DNA from: Octopus sinensis
Taxonomy: Eukaryota
Length of the DNA: 64,000 nucleotides
Assembly (NCBI RefSeq): GCF_006345805.1
Contig: NC_043000.1
Span: 151,032,001-151,096,000 of the forward strand
Reading direction: 5' to 3'
Shown: positions 25,210 to 38,867 of the stretch, piece by piece
Numbering within the stretch: the stretch's first letter is position 1
Layout: every line of letters starts with the position of its first letter
Program-made: the position numbers and the translations under genes
The notes under the pieces: model-generated
Seen by the model: the letters and a program-made list of their open reading frames with translations, nothing else
Database searches by the model: none
What the model was told of the DNA's origin: nothing

Positions 25210-27150
25210 TTCTTAGATGTTCTAAGATTTGTATTTGTCGAGTCATATTATTTATTTTATTCATTTTGCATATAAGTTTTATCTTTAGGATCCACATTCT
25301 CAAAATTTTTACTGTTGTTAGTTCTTCTGAGCTTGTAACTTGTATTTCCATTGTTTCTTTTAAATGTTCTATTTCAGTTTCCTATATTTTTGTCATTCTA
25401 AGGATGTATTTTTTTTAGTCAGCTTGTCTGTTGGGGCCAGCGGTACATTTACCTTCAAATTTTTTACGAACATATTGCTGTACGGTAGAGTGTCACTTTC
25501 AAATATGAATGTAGAATAAAACATATTTTCCTCGTGTCCATTTGTCTTTTCTGCTTTATTTGCGAGGCTTGATATGTTAAGTCCGGTCCATAATTTAAGC
25601 TGTCAGCATTTTTGCTCAAACTCTCCGTCAGCGTTCGTATTTCATCGCGCATTTCTGAAGTGCTTAAAGTGAGCCATACACAACAGACAATTCATTTTCT
25701 CTCTGTTCTTAGCAAGCTCATAAGCAGGTTTAGATTTTTCAGTATGCCCGTCAAAGGAATCAATGCAATCATGCATAGCAACGGAGACGGTGAGTCTCAC
25801 TGAAATATTCCTCTTTGCATTTTCCCATTTCTCAATGACTGAATCACTTCAGCACTTCAGTTCTAGTGCCTATGATCTCATTGCTTCTAATCTTTTCATG
25901 GACTCTGAAGGTACTCATACATTCCAAAAGTCAATATTGGGATACATATCGTATGTTTTCTTGTAGTTTGATGAAACAACTGCTAAAATCTTTCTTATCC
26001 ACATTTTACTCACTATTATTTTAACTTAATCGACAATTTTATGCACTCCAAAAAATTAAGGTAAAGTTTTTGCAAAATTTCTTCTCCCATTTTTTTTTTG
26101 CTTCTCTTCCCAAAGGCTCCACTAATAATCTGCAGTATCCTGGCCTGGTTAACTTCTTTTAATTCAGTACTTGAGGAATTAATTCTTCATATCACTATAA
26201 TGCTCTGCTTTTTCCTTTCCCGTTCTTTTCATATTGATGCCAAACGGGCAAATCACGTCGTTGCAATATATAGTTTATTCTTTTTGGGGTTTGTTGTGTT
26301 CTATTTTCCTTTTCATTTGTACAAGAATATCCCACAACATCACTTCATTCCTTTCGAGGGCCACCATTTCTATTTCCACAAATTGATTTGTGTTTTCAGT
26401 TCATGCAAACTCAAGTTTCCTGCGAAAAATTATGGAGGTATGTTGCTGCAACCTTATAAATACCTCACGGCTTGTATTCAATCTGAGTTAACAGTGGATA
26501 TTCCGATACAATATGAACCGAACTCTTTCCTGACTCATTGCTCTTCCTGCATTTTGGTGAACAGTTCCGTTGCTCTATCGCGCTCTTGATCCAATTTACA
26601 CTTTGGGTTTGTTCCAGTGCTGCTAATATCATTGCCATACTGCCCTTGTCATATTGTGTCCCTTTAGTGTTCAAGGAAAATGCTGAATGAAGTTTCTTTC
26701 CGATAAAGTCTGACTTTTTTTCCCACATTTTCTCGTATTTTTTTCCTTTTGGGTTCTACACATTTTGGAAATAGTCCTTCAATCCTCTTTGAAGAGTGTT
26801 TCTTCTTTTTCTTCTAGATAGGAGCCTTCTGCTCTTTTCCAGTGTAATCAATCTACATCAGAGTGAGGATGCATACTTCTGAGCACTGTGAGCTGTTTCT
26901 TTGTTTTTCTGTCGATGCCTTTCACTTCATTTTTTTTTCTCCAGTTAAATTCCTACTCCATATTTTATTTAAAATACTGGCCTCAAGCTGATTGTTTGTA
27001 TGATGTTTACCACATTCAGTTTAGATTTCGGAATATTTTTTATTCTATGAAAATATTCCTTATTGACGGTTTCCTTTATTTCCATACATCTCATTTTGTC
27101 ACTTTCTAATGACAAAGCCGAAGGTATTCTCAAGATATTTATTGGTTTCT
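25210..27150 (-). pseudogene. Decayed R4/Dong-like RT element
   Basis: Minus strand RGIFQ*DSPSPLLCMIALIPLTGILK (~25740-25815) matches the RT GIFQGDSLSPL motif; other motifs are degraded. Confidence 0.7.
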
Positions 27151-27243
27151 TCCTCGTTTAATGATTATATGTTTCCATTAAGGCGGCGAGCTGGATGAAG
27201 CTTAGGTGCAGCTTGTATTATCTGAAGCAAGGGCAAAACAATG

Positions 27244-27284
<41 letters not shown>

Positions 27285-27287
<3 letters not shown>

Positions 27288-27500
27288 AGCAGAGTAAGCC
27301 ACCAAAACTGCTCTATTGGGGACAACTAGAATTTTGAGATTGGTAATTGGATGTTGAATGTCTTCCACGATAATTAACAACCAAGTATCAAAGCTTACAA
27401 TGTGCAGAAAGAGACCCCGTGAGACCTCTGGTAACAGGCTGCTGTCTGCCCTCACAGAATAAACCAGAGCAAACAAGACCGAGCGCTCTGAACAGTCAAA
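27285..27500 (+). mobile_element. 3'-tip fragment of a Dong-like element between (TAA)n tracts
   Basis: ACTGCTCTATTGGGGACAACTAGAATTTTGAGA resembles the LLGTARII end at ~31770-31795; followed by a UTR-like segment and (CAA)/(TAA)n. Confidence 0.6.
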
Positions 27501-27543
27501 CAACAACAACAACAACAACAACAATAACAACAACAACAACAAC

Positions 27544-27575
<32 letters not shown>

Positions 27576-27580
27576 TAATG

Positions 27581-27618
<38 letters not shown>

Positions 27619-27754
27619 TATTATTATGGTTTCAAATTTTGCCACAAGGACAGCAATTTTGTGGGCGGGGTTGAGTCGATCACATCAACCCCAGTGTTTC
27701 ACTGGTACTTAATCGATCGAACCCAAAAGAATGAAAAGCAAAGTCGCCTTCTTG

Positions 27755-28140
27755 GAAAGTCTTATGAAGACTGACCACACAGTTGATGCAAGAAGATTAG
27801 ATGTGAATATAGAGGACAAAATAAACAGTGTAGGATCACTGAGTTTGCTATTATCTATAATAACAGAGTTGATACCAAGGAAATTGAGAAATTGAGAAAC
27901 ATAAGAGATCTGAAGAGATTGTGGAAGACCAAAACAACAATTGTTCCTGTAGTAGTAATTGGTGCGCTCGGCACAGCATCTCAAATACAACCTAAGTGGC
28001 TGAAAGATATTGAACTGAAGATCGCATTCTTGACTAGCAGACACAAGTACGATCCTGTATTCTGCGAGAATTCTTAGAAAGATTTAAGGAGACTTGTCAA
28101 CAAACCTCAAGATAACATTTCTGCTTATTCAATTTGCATG
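27755..28140 (+). pseudogene. 5'-truncated Dong-like RLE fragment
   Basis: RDLKRLWKTKTTIVPVVVIGALG C-terminal RLE motif. Confidence 0.75.
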
Positions 28141-28149
28141 TAATAGTTT

Positions 28150-28150
28150 T

Positions 28151-28204
<54 letters not shown>

Positions 28205-28216
28205 GTAATGATAATG

Positions 28217-28262
<46 letters not shown>

Positions 28263-28306
28263 TAATAATAATAATAATAATATAATAATAATAATAATAA
28301 TAATAA
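28150..28306. repeat. (GAT)n(AAT)n trinucleotide repeat
   Basis: Directly visible. Confidence 0.95.
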
Positions 28307-28307
28307 C

Positions 28308-31300
28308 AAGGCATGGAGCGACAGAGGCCTATTTAAATTAAGTGAACGAAATCTGTGATCAAGCTAGAGTCATCAGAAAGAATGAATGGTTATCTCCAGT
28401 TGAACTAGAAACCATTAAGAGACGGGTGCTTAGTGATAGTAAGACAGCGGTGAAGGGAAGGATGAGGAAGAGAATGCAGATAGTGAAACGAGCATGAGGC
28501 TGAGATTATTGATCAGGAAATCGATGAGAGAACCAAGGAATAGATATCCATTTTAAATGAAGTCATTGATATTTGGGCCTCTGATTGTACAGAGCTTTCG
28601 TACGGGCTTTTAAAAAAAGTAGACAGAAAGAAACTCAATGAATGGGCCAAGAAGATAAATGATATCACTGGTGATATCAGGACTGACAACATCACAGACA
28701 CCAACAATCTGATAAATGCAATCTCGATCTTTATAGCCCGGAAGTTAGATTTGAAAGCCAAAGATAAATGTCAACATAACCTGAAGGAACTATGGTGAAA
28801 AAGGAGAATAACGCAGTGTATTAATGAGACCAGAAAATATATTAATATTCTGGAACGGAAAAAAAGAAATGAAGTTCAGCGAGCAAAAATGTTGAGCTAG
28901 AGAGGAAGTAGAGGGTGAAGAGAAAGGGAATCAATGTTGTGATTGAGGAATTAAAACAGAGGTTGAAAGCTAAAGCACATAAACTAAAGAGATATGAACA
29001 GAGAATTGAGCAGTACAGATTAAACAGACTTTTCGAACAAAATCAGAAACGAATCTACCAGGAACTTGATGGGAAAGAAAAAGGTGAAAAGACAGTACTG
29101 GATGCTGAAGAAAGCAAAAGATTCTGGTCAAACATATAGTCTCAGGAGAAACACGAAACTGAAGTAGAGTGGTTAAAGACACTCAAAGAGCAGAGTGGAG
29201 AGTATCAGCAGGAGCATTTGAGAATAATCGAGGAGATGATTAGAGATCCATGCAGGAAAATTCCTAACTGGAAAGCGCCTGGCCCAGGTGGGGTTCAGGG
29301 CTTTTTTGCGAGACAGATAGACAAAATACTGAGAAGTTACATCCAAGTACCAGCCTGGACGACAAAAGAAAGAACGGTACTATGCCAGAAGGGCCCAAGT
29401 AAAGGGAATGCGGTTGGAAATTTCCGACCAATACTTTGTTTAACATTGATGTGGATACTGATGATGGGCATCATATCAAACAGCATCTATAAGTACCTAG
29501 ATGAGAACGGCCTACTTCCAGTTGAACAAAAAGGGTGTAGACGTAAGAGCAGAGGAACGAAGGATCAATTACTAATCGATAAGACTATCCTGGTTGAGTA
29601 CAAGAAATGACACACAAATTTGGCGATGGCATGGGTGGACTAGAGGAAAGCATATGACATGGTCCCACCTTCGTGGATTATTAAATGCCTTAAACTGCTT
29701 AAGTTCTAGTGAAGTTAATCCAAAACTCAATGATAACGGAGTGAACTGAACTCACAGCATGGGGAGATAAGCTGGGAGAGGTAAATATCAAAAGAGGGAT
29801 CTTTCAAGGGGACAGTGTCACCTCTCCTTTTTTTCTGCATACTGCCACTAACGAGCGTTTTAAGAAAGATGTACATGGGGTACATGCTAGGCAGGGTGAA
29901 AGTAAACAATCTGTGGTTTATGGATGACCTAAAGCTATACGCTCAGACTGAGAAAGAAATTGAGAGTTTGATGGCAACTGTGCAGAGTGTTAGCAAAAAT
30001 ATTGGCATGGAATTTGGGATCGAGAAATGTGGTGTAATGGTTCTCAAAAGGGGGAAAATCAGTAAAAGCCATGGGATCAAGCTGGAAAGTGGTGAAACTA
30101 TAAAGGAAGTCAGAGAGAAAGGATATAAGTACCTGGGTATCATTGAAAGAGATAAGATGAATGAACACGAGATGAAAGAAATGTACAAGAAAGAGTATTT
30201 GAGGGGAACTCGGTTTGTGCTCCAATCGAAGCTAAATGGCCGCTATAAGATTAGAGAAATTAACACGTGGACGGTTGCTTTAATAAGATTTGGGCAGGAA
30301 TAGTATCTTGGAAGAAGCATGAATTACAGAGATAGACCGGAGAACACGTAAATTAATGAAAATGAACAAGGAACTACACCCCAAGAGTGATGTGTCAAGA
30401 TTGTGTGTAAAGAGGAAAGAAGGATGAGGATTGGTGTGTTGTGAAGGTTGTGTAAGGGAAGAGGAGAATAGCCTGGTTTGGTATGTCAAGGCGAGTAAAG
30501 AAGAAATGATAGAAGCAGTGAAAATGCAAGGAATCTTAAAAGTGAATGAAGCCATAGATCCAACGCAATTTAAGAAATACCAGAGAGAGCAGATAAAGAT
30601 AATTTGGCAGGACAAGAAAATGCACAGTCAGTTTTTGAAGAATAAAATGAGATTGATGGGAATAGAACCTGGCAATGGCTGCAGAAAGGAAACTTAAAAG
30701 AGCCCACAGAGGCATTAGTGTGCAGCGCTCAAGAATAAGCTCACAGAACAAACTACACCAAATATTACATTGATAAAAGCACTGACTCACCACAGTGTAG
30801 GATGTGCTCTGAGAAGGGAGAAAGTATGAACCATATTGTTAGTGAGTGCTGTAAGTTCGCACAACGCGAATACAAAAGGTGACATGACAACGTGGCCAGA
30901 TATGTCCACTGGCTGTTGTGTGGTAAAGCAAACCTCAAGAGAGCCGTATAGTGGTATGAATGCAAGCCAGAGGGAGTAATGGAAAATGAACATTACAAAA
31001 TACTCTGGGATTTTAACATACATTGCGACCTAGTTATAGAGGTGAGACAGCCAGATATGATCATCCATAAAGATGAAAAAGAACCAAAGATAATAGATGT
31101 TGCAATACCAGGCAATTCGAGGGTGAAATGTAAGGAAACAGAGAGGATTGAGAAATACCAGCCACTGCGGGATGAGATAGAAAAGTCATGAGGCTTGAGG
31201 AAAGTAGTGGTGATACCGGTGGTAAATGGAGCATTAGGAGCAGTTCCCAAGAGCTTTGGAAAGCATATTAAGAATATTGGAGCTGCAGTTGGGTACAGCT

Positions 31301-31440
31301 CGCATTCTAAGGAGAGTATTGTCTCTTTGAGTCACAGGAGAAGGCACTACTTGAAACCTTTGGTGATTTGTTATTGCCTGCTTTCAAGTAAAGAATAACC
31401 GGTTATTAAGAACCATCCGTGAGTCTTTCAGAATAACAAT
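28308..31440 (+). pseudogene. Near full-length, frameshifted R4/Dong-clade retrotransposon (RT, CCHC finger, restriction-like endonuclease)
   Basis: NWKAPGPGGVQGF, NFRPILCL, EQKGCRRKSRGTKDQLLID, KAYDMVP, RGIFQGDS, FMDDLKLYA, YKYLG, CRMC...HIVSEC, HDNVARYVHW, KILWDF..QPDMII..IIDVAIP..EKY; flanked by (TAA)n. Confidence 0.93.
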
Positions 31441-31449
31441 AATAATAGT

Positions 31450-31910
31450 AAGATTTTGTGGGTCTGTCCTATTCAAATGGACGACTAGTTAGAAAATAAT
31501 AGATCAGACATAACAATTATAGGTAAGGAAAAGCGAAGTTGCTTACTAATCGACCCATCATGCACGTTTGATTCCAGGATCGAAAAGAAAGAGACGAAAA
31601 GAAAAAATACAATCTCTTAAAATTTGAAATAGGAAGAATTTGGAGTATGAGAACTGTCCAGGTCGTACCTATAATAATTGGTGCGTTGGAAATAGTAAGA
31701 AAAGATAGAGACAAATGACTTAAGGAGATTGGAAAAGAATGCCATGTGGAGCTCCTACAAAATGTTTGTCTCTTAGGGACAGCAAGGATTATCAAGAGTG
31801 TTCTAAGTGCTTGAAAGGCTACTGAAAGCTTTTGGATACCTAAGGTTACAGGTGGTAACCCGCTACCCACATAAATCCTACCAAGAATAAGAGCGAACCT
31901 GAGTCAAACC
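31450..31910 (+). pseudogene. Another 5'-truncated Dong-like RLE 3' fragment
   Basis: KKKYNLLKFEIGRIWSMRTVQVVPIIIGAL...LLGTARII; ends in (AAT)n at 31911-31954. Confidence 0.8.
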
Positions 31911-31955
<45 letters not shown>

Positions 31956-31957
<2 letters not shown>

Positions 31958-32353
31958 AAATATATGCCCTAATGCAGTACCAGGACGTGTCTCTCATGGC
32001 TTCTGATCTTAACTGATTGGAAGTGTTATCATTTGTGTGTTTTGTCTTGGTATAAAAGATGGGCTACAGCAAATATTCTGCTCTATCCCACAGATTTACT
32101 TGTCAGTTGCTTGACTGACGATATGTGCATCTCTGATCATAAACACGAGTAGTAGTGGGTCTCATAGCTATGTGTTGAGCGGATTTCATAGGGATTTGAA
32201 TAATTCACCTCTGGAACCATGGGTGTTTCATTCATCATCATCCTTAAATAACCCTTATTCAAGGACCTTTTGAGCGGGATGGGCTATTCAATCTGAAGAA
32301 AATTTTAACCGGGCCCTGCCTGCAAGGTCATGCGCTCTTTATCTCGATATCTC
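31956..32353. mobile_element. Unclassified interspersed-repeat-like island between (AAT)n tracts
   Basis: Sharp boundaries within TAA repeats and no ORF; single copy in this window. Confidence 0.35.
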
Positions 32354-32987
32354 AATAATAATAATAATAACAACAACAATAATAATATAGTATATAGTGG
32401 GGTGAGTGGAAACACAATCATTTTTAACGAACCTTAATTTCACGGTGTGCACAGTTTCAAATACTATTTTAAATAAAATATATGAAAATTGGGGTTATAT
32501 GACGCCCCCGTACACCTAGTATACACCCTAATTTAGGGTATTTCTATATTAAATACCCTAATTTTCTATATTAATCATATACTCGCTAACACATATATAC
32601 GAAATTGCTTATGGAAATGACACATTTGATCATATTTCGATGTAGAAACCTTGTTTAAAACATCTGATGAGTAAAGATAGCAAAAACATTGAGATACAGG
32701 TACCCCTCCAACATGGTAAAATTACGACTGTTCAATATGTGTCAAGTGAATGTTTTTTTTAGAAAATGTATACATTTGTTAAATGATTTCGTTTTGCTTT
32801 TCAGATTATCCCAGAGTTAAATTGTATTATAATTTTACTAAAATTCCCTGCATAAATTTAAACAAATAATTTAAGTATATAAGATTATATAATGGCAACT
32901 AGAAGTAAAAGCCGTAATTCAGCATTTGGATTTCCTGCAGAATATCCTACGGCAATGACCCCCTTCAAAGGCAGATATATTCCGACA

Positions 32988-33383
32988 TCTTTATATATAA
33001 AAGTGAAGTTGTGTGTCTGTCTCCTACGATTTAGATTCCTAACTACTCCCACATTTTGCGGTGCAGTTTAACCAAAACCGGGTATCTTATAGTCGTGATT
33101 CATATCGAGCCCTTCTGGGTATTAGCACGCGTCTACGATGAGTCTACGATTTAAACGAAAATTTACCATCATTTTTTTCCATTTTTAATGCATTTTTTTG
33201 CTATTATATAAGGGAAGTAACTCTCTAAAAATGTATTATTAAATCTCAGAACGTAAAAAGCTACAGTAACACTCCCCCTTTGTGGTTAGCCATATTGAGA
33301 TGGCTATTATACTTTACATATCTAAAAATGCTTATATAGTTATTTCCCTTACAAACCCGAGCAACGCCGGGCGATACTGCTAG
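32988..33383 (+). mobile_element. Non-autonomous Helitron
   Basis: A|TC...CTAG|T junctions, subterminal hairpin CCCGAGCAACGCCGGG, no TSD. Confidence 0.85.
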
Positions 33384-33947
33384 TTATTTATTCATAAGAA
33401 AATGTGAAGAACAGATATCAAAAACTTCATCCTGATCGAAAGAATACCACCGGATTGTTACTGCAGATGTGCAAACAATATGGGAAACATTTTGTTTTCC
33501 TTAATTTGGGTTTGAGGGAATAGCCCTAAAATTGAGAGATTGATTGAATCAGCTTATAAATTAAATAAAATACCTATCAAGCAAAGCGGAGATAGTTTTG
33601 ATAGAAATTAGAATTCATTGAAATGTTTGATATAAGCACCTGTACGTGTTATGACAAACAAATAAAAATATCTGACTGTCATAGCCAATACCTTTTCCTT
33701 GTCGTAGCCAAAAAGTCGAGCATGCTATCAATTTAGCGGCAAAAGCTTCCGAATAGGCTACAAAAATAGGCACAAATTCACATTAAATGTGCAGAAATCA
33801 CGGCAAAGTTTACCTCACTTTGACTGGAAAAAGACAATCGTCATTCAATTAAATAGTAAATACTATTAATGTTTATTTTATGGTTTCCATTGTTCATGTA
33901 TTTCGTTTGAGGTTCGCGCATATTTTTTTTTATTACATATCATAATA

Positions 33948-34149
33948 TATTTCTTTACTACCCACAAGGGGACAAACAAGGACAGACAAAGGGATTAAGT
34001 CGACTACATCGACCCCAGCGTAACTGGTACTTAATTTATCGACCCCGAAAGGATGAAAGGCAAAGTCGACCTCGGCGGAATTTGAACTCGGAACGTAACG
34101 ACAGACGAATTTCGCCCGGCGTGCTAGCGTTTCTACCAGCTCGCCGCCT
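33948..34149 (-). mobile_element. SINE family C
   Basis: Core match; TSD TTATTACATATCATAATA on both sides. Confidence 0.9.
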
Positions 34150-34557
34150 TATTACATATCATAATAGTCATAAAGAATTTATATTTCTTTTACGTTGAAA
34201 GTGTTTTTCTGAATATGGGCTTTTTTTTTTTATTACAAAAATTAATACAAACTATATAAATAAAAATTCCAATAACTGTTTTTTTTTTCAGGTGGTGGTA
34301 GGGGTTGCATATAAGTTATAAAAATGTTATATAGGTAATATTAAACTAGTACAAAGTTAATAACATTAAAACAAGTTTACAGTTCCTTACATTTTCAGTA
34401 TTTAAAACGCAGAATTAAGGCCGGTAGCTATGCAAGGAATAGAGATGGTCAAATACATTTATTTTAAAATTTGTTGATTTATTTCTCACACCGAAATGAA
34501 CATCAAGCAATATGTGGAATCGGAATATAAAATTTTGACCCCCACCCTACTATATGG

Positions 34558-34908
34558 GTGAAGGCACGTGGCTTAGTGGTTAAGGGTATTCAGCTCGCGT
34601 TGAACAAGCTCGCGTTGAATAAGGTCCTCAGTTCGATTCTCGGCGACGTGTTGTGTCCTTGAGCAAGACACTTTATTTCACGTTACTCCAGTTCAGCCAG
34701 CTGGCAAAAATGGGTATTTTCTGTATTTCAAAGTGTCAGCCTTGTTACACTCTGTGTAACATACTGTGTAACTGAATCTCACCGAAAACTGCGTTAAGGG
34801 TATGAGTAACTATGGAGTGCTAAACCATTTGCACGTTAATTTCACGAGCATGCTTTTATATTAATCAGATCAACTGGAACCCACGTCGTCGCAACCGACG
34901 GGGTGCCA
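34558..34908 (+). mobile_element. SINE head D with tail type 1
   Basis: TGTGTCCTTGAGCAAGACACTTTATTTCACG core; tail ends GTCGTCGCAACCGACGGGGTGCC. Confidence 0.85.
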
Positions 34909-35377
34909 TATTATATATATAGTATTATATTAATGGTTAGCATCAATCAAGACTGAGAGTTGTGTGAGTTGTTGGTGCTATATCGCTGAACGTCCGTATA
35001 TAAGTGTGTGTGTATCGTATTCTTTTATTAGTTAGTAACTGCGTACAGTATGTTGTTTTATATGGTCTGTTAGTTATCCTGTAGAGTATGTGTTGTGTGA
35101 GCTGTGGTATTTTATTGGGTGGTTATTGTAGAAAGTGTGTGCTGTGTGTAGAGAGAGAATTCTGTTCTTTCTCTTAAGTCTTATATGAAACGATGGTTTC
35201 TTTATTCTTTACAGTTAATTAGACTTCGTTCTACCAGTTGACGTTTTTAAATGTAACCAATAAATTTACGCATAAATGTTGAAGAATACCTAATTTCAAT
35301 TGGAACTGAAATCAATACCTTCTGTTTGAAATTGCAGCGCTAAAATTACCCAAATTTCTCAGAAAAGGGAAACGGTG

Positions 35378-35381
35378 TGTT

Positions 35382-35454
<73 letters not shown>

Positions 35455-35790
35455 TAGTGAGAAAGAAAGAGAGGAGAGATAAATAAATAAAAAATGGAAA
35501 GAAAAAAGGAGTTGAATGAGAATAAATAGGATACTGTAAGAGAAAGAGGGGTCAGAAATAATAATTCAAAGAGAGAAAAAAAAGGAATCTCAAGTGATGG
35601 TAATACATAAAGAGAAGAAGAGGAAGAGAAATAGAAGAGTGATTGACTGTGTGAAAAAGAGAGAGTAACTGAAAAGGTAAGGAATGAATAGTGTGCTAGA
35701 TATATTGAGATAGAGATAGGAAGTGAGAGAGAGGTGGGAGGAATGGATATAAAAAGAAAGAGAAGATATGAAAGAAAAGAGAATAAGACT
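35378..35790. repeat. (GT)n(GA)n followed by a purine-rich low-complexity tract
   Basis: Directly visible. Confidence 0.85.
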
Positions 35791-36536
35791 CGGGTTTCTT
35801 TGTATGTTAATCACAATTTTCTCTATGAATAGACTGGTTGAGTTACTCGCAAGAGAGAAGAACGCAATCAATCAAACAGTGAATAAACAATAAATAAATA
35901 ATGCTAATTGTTAGTAATTATAAGGTTAATAAATTAATAGTAATTAAGAAATAGTTTGGCAAAGCGCCCAAATGAACAAAAGTCATATGAAGAGGGTTCG
36001 ATTTCCGATTAAAGACAATTCACTTTGCTAACATTGTGGAAGGCAGAAAACGCCAAACATTATTATTGTGGGCTTGAACTGAATTTAAAAAGAGAAAAAA
36101 AAAAAAAAAAAAAATTAGGAATAAACTCGTGGAATGTAATCAGCCCCGTCAATAAAATCTTCGATCTTTTCTTTTTCCGGTTGTAGTTATTTCAATTCAT
36201 TTATATCAATATCATCTTTCCGATTTCCTGTTCTTTAAAACGCAAGACCCAATATTAGGGGACGGTTGAGCCATTCATAAAATATTGAAATTCCGACTTT
36301 AGCGCAAAGCAGGTAATCGATTAAATCGATCAGTGTTCGACTACTATTTACTTTACATTGTCTGGAGGTATGAATGATAAAGTATAGGAAGTCTGTACCA
36401 AAAGAAATCCTACTTTTAAGTCTGTAAGCCAAGTAGCTGGCGCATCATGCAACATGCCTGTCGTGCTGTATAGGGGTGACGACTTTAATCTTTAGTTTAA
36501 GAATAACTACATCACGTCATATCATTAACTCATTGT

Positions 36537-36947
36537 GGATCTTTTCGGTTTGAACGGCAGTTTTTTCTAGCGGTGTCATATGAAATTGTCACCCATAATT
36601 ATGACCCTAGTATCGATCTATTGCATTTCAATCTATTTTAGGGTTAGGGGTGGGGGGAAGGGTATCTTATTTTCTTCACAAATGTAAATAAACCCAATCT
36701 GTTTCTTAAACGAGGGACATATTCACACGGCACAGAATGTTTTTTTACCTCAATGGACGTGAGTGATTGGTTGAAATTGCAGAAATTGAAGAAAAAAACA
36801 ACAAATATCTTACAAACTATAGAATTTTCTCAATAAAGCCAAGAGAAAAAGATGTTTTATAAACACATTCTACCAGTATACGAAGTTTAAAATTTTTTAG
36901 TTACCTAGAAATTATGTTAAAAACTGCCGTTCAAACCGAAAAGATCC
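36537..36947. mobile_element. MITE with 28-bp TIR and 8-bp TSD (Merlin-like), copy 1
   Basis: TIR GGATCTTTTCGGTTTGAACGGCAGTTTT; TSD CTCATTGT at 36529-36536 and 36948-36955. Confidence 0.93.
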
Positions 36948-37831
36948 CTCATTGTTAGTTAGCTTCGGAATCGGTAGGGCAACGGACCAAATTTCTTACC
37001 GTATTTAAATACGTGCCGTAATATCAGTCAAGTATCAGGCTCAAATAATATCCTCTTATACTCAGATAAGAGCTCTTCATTATATTCACAAACCCTCAAA
37101 TTTGTGAATCCGTCGAGCCTTTATTTAATTTTGTTTACGTGGCTGAGATACAAATATTTCTCCGGATAAGAATCCCATTAGCTAAGGGGCCTATGTCTGT
37201 CATGTAAGTGAACATAGGTAAATAAGCTAACATTTTAAAAAAGAAACAGCGAAACGCTTGCAAAATGCTTGGACACAACATGCCCAGGGTGGTATACGAT
37301 AGTCTTACCCACCTGACTATGTCATCTAAACATTTGAAGAAAAAGAATTCAATAATAAAAAAAAATAGAGTAGCATGCAACATGGTGAGAAGTAAAAACT
37401 CGATGAACCGACTCCTTAATCGGGTTTCAATTCTCGGATACTTACTTCACTTACCACATAACGTTAGAAAAAGCATGATCGTCACAAACATTTATTGATG
37501 GCGTCAATTTATGCTTATATTAGAAATATTAATTCTTAGTCACAAAGTCAGAATTTTGAGACGAGGAAACAGTCGGTTACATCAACTCCAGTACTTTATT
37601 TTATTGACTAAGTTGACTTCGGCACGATATGCTTTCAGACATAAAGGGCCAGAATTATCTAAATAAGCAATGATAAAAGCTGCGACTAAGGGTTGTGGAT
37701 TTCCTCAGACTACTTAAAAATTAGCGTACTCGGCGTACTTTCAAGTATATAGGTCATTTCATGGTCTGAATCCAAACCTCGTCAGCATAGACTTTGCTTT
37801 GGTTCAATAAAAAAATGTAGTTTATGATATT

Positions 37832-38048
37832 CTTTTCTACTTTAGGCACAAAGCCCGAAATTTAGGTGGGAGAGGGCCAGTCGATTAGATCGACCCCCAG
37901 TAAGATACTAGTACTTAATTTATCGACCCCCAAAAGGATGAAAGACAAAGTTGACCTCGGCGGAATTTGAACTCAGAACGTAAAGACAGACGAAATACTG
38001 CTAAGCATTTCGCCCGGTGTGCTAACGATTCTTCCAGTTCGCCGCCTT
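37832..38048 (-). mobile_element. SINE family C
   Basis: Core and head match. Confidence 0.88.
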
Positions 38049-38379
38049 CAACTTTGATTTCTAAAATATGTAAGGGTTACAAATCTTTCTAAAACAGAGT
38101 CAGCGGGGCTACACTTCTTTAAATCAGTTGAAAGGTACATCTGGTATTATTTTATGAATCCCGTTCGGAAGATAGGAAAATTCAGTCCGGTGGGTGGGGG
38201 GACTTTGTGAGCTACAATATTGTCACTCATTTTGCTAGAAGTAGCAACCAAATCTTCCACAAATCCCTCCCCACCGTACTAGAAAAGGATATAGTGTATA
38301 ATGTGACCTCGGTTTCCTCTACACATAGGTAAAAAGCTAAAATAGCAACAACTAATATTGTCATTATTGAAGTCATGAG

Positions 38380-38625
38380 AAGAAACAGACGTCCTCTCAG
38401 CGTCCCTCATCCTTGGCCAAGCAGAATTGCTCGGATTTGTAGTTGGAAGGAGAAAGGATATCCTTGCAACCGCCGGGAAGGAACCCATTACAACTGAGTA
38501 GACTGTAATAACTTGAAATGAAGTACTTTTCTCAAGGACACAATGAACCGCCCTCTTCGGGAATTGAACCTATAATATTATTATCTTGGGACGAACCCCC
38601 CTAAGCACTAGACCACACAGCTTCA
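38380..38625 (-). mobile_element. Old SINE with a D-like head and a further tail
   Basis: CTCAAGGACACAA...GGGAATTGAACC is a degenerate D head. Confidence 0.5.
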
Positions 38626-38867
38626 CCAAATCCTTTCAATTACTATTAGAAAAAATTATTGTTTCTCACCTAAACATTCGCAGGAGATGAAAAGTTGTGA
38701 CGTATATGAATTGTATTGGAAAGGAATCGTGTACCGAGACGGATTAATTTATTACCCGCAGGTATAAATATACATACGTATGTATATACATACATACATA
38801 ACATACAGGTATATAGATAAATAGATGAGCAGCGATGAAAGATAAAGTTAATTTCTGCAGAGAAATG

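Larger units (their letters stand above)
32392..34555 (+). mobile_element. Internally deleted DNA transposon relic (hATm-like)
   Basis: Inverted termini ATATAGTGGGGTG / CACCCTACTATAT (12 of 13 match); decayed ORF from ATG 32892 (MATRSKSRNSAFGFP) continues after the Helitron to DISTCTC. Superfamily is inferred from the TAGGGTG-type terminus. Confidence 0.5.
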
